Assembly: GCA_951813565.1 (NCBI GenBank)
Contig: OX638351.1
Location: forward strand, 1,472,001-1,536,000
Origin: an uncultured Poribacteria bacterium
GTDB taxonomy: Bacteria > Poribacteria > WGA-4E > WGA-3G
DNA length: 64,000 bases
Direction: 5' to 3'
In this document: positions 60,670-64,000 of the stretch, piece after piece
How the letters are laid out: each line of letters starts with the position of its first letter
How positions within the stretch are numbered: position 1 is the stretch's first letter
The notes under the pieces: model-generated
The model's database searches: none
Told to the model about the DNA's origin: nothing
The model's input: only the letters and a program-made list of their open reading frames with translations
Position numbers and translations under genes: made by a program

Positions 60670-61239
60670 GTGAATGATATACAGATATTGAAGGAAATGC
60701 TGAATCCTGATGCTCAAGTTATGTTACAACAAGGACAAGGTAGACCTTCTGTGGAATTAACGGACTCACAATCTGGCACAACTGTAGAAGTAAAAGGGGT
60801 ACCTCCTGACTCTGTTGTTATCAAAGCAGACCTTTTTAAAGGCCCCTTTCCTATCTTTAATGAAGATTTAGAGGATATCCGCAAGCGCGCTGATTTTGTG
60901 ATTGTGTCCATTGATGAGCGTGGAAAAAAGTGGGTTATCTATATTGAAACTAAAGGTGGGAATAAACCAAAAAAAAGAATTGTAGCACAATTAAAAGGTG
61001 CCAAATGTTTTATCAGTTACTGCAAATGTATTGGACAATCGTTTTGGGAATCAGAAGAATTTCTTGATGGTTATGAGTACCGATTTGTAAGCATTGCAGA
61101 CCTTAACTTTAACAGAAGCAGGCGAAGAACGCAACCCTTTCATTCCGTAGGAGAATTGCACAACCGTCCTGAGGTTTATCTGAAAATTTCACGGATCACT
61201 ACTATCTATTTTCGTAAGTTAATTGATTTCGTGTCATAA
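60670..61239 (+). CDS. Putative PD-(D/E)xK-like nuclease paired with the ATPase
   Basis: KRADFVIV..IYIETK..QLKG motif; GTG start 4 bp after the ATPase stop. Confidence 0.55.
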   Translation: MNDIQILKEMLNPDAQVMLQQGQGRPSVELTDSQSGTTVEVKGVPPDSVVIKADLFKGPFPIFNEDLEDIRKRADFVIVSIDERGKKWVIYIETKGGNKPKKRIVAQLKGAKCFISYCKCIGQSFWESEEFLDGYEYRFVSIADLNFNRSRRRTQPFHSVGELHNRPEVYLKISRITTIYFRKLIDFVS

Positions 61240-61254
61240 AAACTCTTTCCCCTC

Positions 61255-62064
61255 TTACGATAACCTAACAACATCCTTCTTAACAATCTCTTTCGTGTCG
61301 TAATGCCCTGCTTGGGAGATGAGTTCCAACGTCTCTGGCGATAACCTTCCTCTCACTTCCTCAGAAACACGACTCTCACCGCGATGTTGCGGTCTGTAGC
61401 GTAAGGTCAGGACACAACGATATCGATCCTTCGGCTTCCAAGGCAGCGCACCGTGCGTCAAGAGTTCAGAGATAATCACTATATCCCCTGCCTTCGGCGT
61501 GATATTAACTACCCCTTCTGGAATATCATCGGCATCTTCAATCTTTCCATTGTTATAGAGGTGTTCGGGACGATCAAAAACGGTTTTATGTGTGCCGGGA
61601 ACAACCAGTAACCCGCCATCTCCCGAATACACATCGTACAGGTAGGGAAAGACAACAAAATCATCGCAAAAGATTCGGCCGTTTCGGACCTCATAACGAT
61701 TGCAGTGCCATCCAAAATCTTCTCGTGCGCAATGCAAGCGGAGTCCTTCCTCTGACTCCGACATACCCGCCCGATCCGCAATCATTGTTCCGCGAAACAG
61801 TTGTGGTTTGTTATTCGTCAACTCCTTGATGATAGACCAAGTTGATCGATGAAGTGTGAGGGCTTCTAAGGGTTTAGCAAAGGCAAATCCGTTTGGAAGG
61901 TTTTTGGCACTGGAGTCAAATCCGGGTGGGAGTTCTTCGGTGGGCGTATTGATATATTCATTTGCTGCTGCTTGTGCCGCTTTCAACTCTTCGGCACTCA
62001 GAACATTCTTCAGGTGGAGGTATCCTGTCACATCAAAAAGATAACGTTGTTCAGGGGTCATCAT
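61255..62064 (-). CDS. PhyH family dioxygenase
   Basis: RYLFDVTGYL, GDGGLLVVPGTHK, KAGD..ELLTHG. Confidence 0.85.
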   Translation of the reverse strand: MMTPEQRYLFDVTGYLHLKNVLSAEELKAAQAAANEYINTPTEELPPGFDSSAKNLPNGFAFAKPLEALTLHRSTWSIIKELTNNKPQLFRGTMIADRAGMSESEEGLRLHCAREDFGWHCNRYEVRNGRIFCDDFVVFPYLYDVYSGDGGLLVVPGTHKTVFDRPEHLYNNGKIEDADDIPEGVVNITPKAGDIVIISELLTHGALPWKPKDRYRCVLTLRYRPQHRGESRVSEEVRGRLSPETLELISQAGHYDTKEIVKKDVVRLS

Positions 62065-62070
62065 AAAATC

Positions 62071-63078
62071 TTACTCCTTTTTTACACATCGAAACCCAAC
62101 ACTGGTAACAGCAAAAGAGGGAATATCTCTTGATCGAAATGAAACCCGTAAATATTCAGCAGGATAATACCATGTGCCTCCACGAAACACGCGAGAATTT
62201 TTTATTGTCGTAAAATTGGAGAGAACCGTTTCAATACTATCACCAGCAATCGGATTGTGTCGTTCGGAGTGCTTATAATAATCTGCATCATACGCATCAA
62301 GACACCATTCACGGATATTACCTACCATATCACACAAACCATATCCGTTAGGAGGATAACTCCCAACCGGTGTCATGCGAATTGTAGCGATTTGTCCATC
62401 CCAACGTCTGCCGTAATTTGCCTTGTGTTTATCAATTGAATCTCCCCAAGGATAGGTTTTGTCTACTAATCCACCACGTGCCGCTTTTTCCCATTCGGCT
62501 TCTGTGGGCAGACGTTTTCCTGCCCATTCAGCATACGCCATCGCAGCGTACCAACTTACCGACACCACAGGGTGATTACCTTTCCCATTCGGGAAACTCT
62601 CCTCATTCCAAAGTTTCAAGTAGTTCCCATCATGATATTCTCTTGGAATACTGTGTTTGCGCCACTGCGGGTTGTCATCAACAAATACTTTATACTGTGC
62701 ATTCGGGACAGCATACCTATCCATATAAAAATCGTCAAGATAGACAGAATGTATAGGACTCTCGTCTGCCTCTCCTGTGCTGCTGCCCATCAGAAATCCC
62801 CCAGCAGGAATCAACACCATTTCGGCACCATCTTGACCAAAAACTACATCGTAACTCGGTTTAGGTTGGTAATTTCGGTTGTAACGTTCTCGTTGCGCGT
62901 TGTCACACAATACCTCGTAGGCTTCCGTTACCGCTCGAAATGTGGCTGCTGCCGCCTTATCATCCGGATTTTTATCAGGATGATATTTTAGTGCAAGTTG
63001 ACGGTAAGCCTTCTTAATCTCATCCGTAGAAGCATCGCGGGACACATTCAAAATTGTGTAATAATCGCGTTTTGGCAT
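62071..63078 (-). CDS. DnaJ J-domain fused to FGE-sulfatase (SUMF1-like) domain
   Basis: [46 protein letters not shown]. Confidence 0.9.
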   Translation of the reverse strand: MPKRDYYTILNVSRDASTDEIKKAYRQLALKYHPDKNPDDKAAAATFRAVTEAYEVLCDNAQRERYNRNYQPKPSYDVVFGQDGAEMVLIPAGGFLMGSSTGEADESPIHSVYLDDFYMDRYAVPNAQYKVFVDDNPQWRKHSIPREYHDGNYLKLWNEESFPNGKGNHPVVSVSWYAAMAYAEWAGKRLPTEAEWEKAARGGLVDKTYPWGDSIDKHKANYGRRWDGQIATIRMTPVGSYPPNGYGLCDMVGNIREWCLDAYDADYYKHSERHNPIAGDSIETVLSNFTTIKNSRVFRGGTWYYPAEYLRVSFRSRDIPSFAVTSVGFRCVKKE

Positions 63079-63109
63079 TACCTGCTTACCTAAAGATTTG
63101 ATATTCCAC

Positions 63110-63465
63110 TTAGTGAATGCCTAATGCTGATTTTAGGCAACATTACCTGTTGCATCATGGAATCAGATACCCTACCGATAACGCGTAGGATCAACTTTTG
63201 ATCTTGAGTAATTAGATTTTCGCAGTACAATGGAATTAAAGTGAAGTTCTGTCTGCTGTCCTTCAACTGTTGAAACATCAATAAAATGCTGAGTAGAAGC
63301 ACCAATCCTACGTTGAGAACTACTGGTGATGACAGCAAGAATTGTATCATCAATTCGTTGATTCCACATGTCCGATTGCACAACCAGTGCCGGAAGGATT
63401 TTTCCACCTGTTTGGTCGCTATATGGAAAATCTACAAGGACAATATCACCGCGTTGAACTTTCAT
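63110..63465 (-). pseudogene. PemK/MazF toxin with two probable frameshifts
   Basis: MKVQRGDIVLVDFPYSD..PALVVQ / CENLITQDQKLILRVIGRVSDSMMQQV / CLKSALGIH* lie in three segments separated by frame changes. Confidence 0.78.
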
Positions 63466-63724
63466 TTTCTCTCCGCGGGTCCAATTCATTGTAAACATCC
63501 ATCTCTGGATCATCCCAACCGGCGCGAAGTCCGGCTTGCACAAGCAACGAACGTCGTTCTTCAGGTGTTAGCGGACCATCATCATATAGCTTCTCTTGTA
63601 TTTGATCGAATGTCTCTGCGGGTAACACAACATACTCAGCATTTGTTTCTGGATCCACAAGGCGCACAAGGTTGCCTTTGGAATCCTTAACTGCCTGTCG
63701 GAGTTCTTCAGAAATTGTAATCAT
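63446..63724 (-). CDS. Putative antitoxin upstream of the PemK pseudogene
   Basis: 92 aa, acidic GWDDPEMDVYNE tail overlapping the toxin start. Confidence 0.65.
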   Translation of the reverse strand: MITISEELRQAVKDSKGNLVRLVDPETNAEYVVLPAETFDQIQEKLYDDGPLTPEERRSLLVQAGLRAGWDDPEMDVYNELDPRRENESSTR

Positions 63725-63728
63725 AATT

Positions 63729-64000
63729 TTACCTTTCCAACCCTAAAATTGCGGGAATTTCGGTCAAGGAAGCTACTTCGTAGTCAGGTTGGGTTTTTGT
63801 GTTATTCGGCACACCATCTCGGTTGAGCCAGACCGCCTTTGCACCAACATTTTGCGCTCCCGCAACATCGTTTTCAAGCGAGTCGCCTACATGGAGGAGC
63901 TGCGCGAGTTCACACCCTGCTTGCTGGGCAGTTATCTCAAAGATTCTTGGATCCGGCTTCTCAACCTGCACATCTTGGGAAAAAATAACAAAGGCGAAGC
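63729..64000 (-). CDS. HAD-superfamily hydrolase (5'-truncated by window edge)
   Basis: EKPDPRIF, HVGDSLENDVAGA. Confidence 0.9.
   Translation of the reverse strand, partial: FAFVIFSQDVQVEKPDPRIFEITAQQAGCELAQLLHVGDSLENDVAGAQNVGAKAVWLNRDGVPNNTKTQPDYEVASLTEIPAILGLER

Noticed and set aside
62071..63078. Catalytic formylglycine-generating enzyme, or DGR target
   Set aside because: Catalytic cysteines absent; no reverse transcriptase or template repeat seen in the window

Overview
Bacterial chromosomal window. Three PhyH dioxygenases, two sulfatases, WD40 and FGE-domain proteins and dense GTAG-type REPs suggest a Candidatus Poribacteria-like genome; this is inference only. Main contents: (1) an SspBCD-SspE-SspA DNA phosphorothioation defence locus (1-8695, sspB cut by the window edge). 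(2) A ~7-kb integrase-free accessory hotspot (11394-18311) between a PhyH gene and an NMP-kinase-like gene. Its cargo cassettes (a duplicated RelE/HigA-type TA pair, an unknown 164-aa gene, a T5orf172 + coiled-coil membrane + vWA-like operon) are separated by four copies of the PhyH gene's 3' end, plus copies of the downstream gene's promoter and 5' end. (3) Carbohydrate and sulfate catabolic genes. (4) HEPN-PemK, PIN and PemK TA modules, three of whose toxin copies are broken, plus an XPB-DUF790 pair and an ABC-ATPase + nuclease pair. (5) An 11-subunit nuo cluster lacking nuoEFG, with a large insertion in NuoI. (6) tRNA-Gln(CTG) and tRNA-Glu(CTC). (7) Several unrelated MITE-like shells, some nested and some with target-site duplications, enclosing REP hairpins. 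All family calls come from motif recognition by eye; no database search was run.
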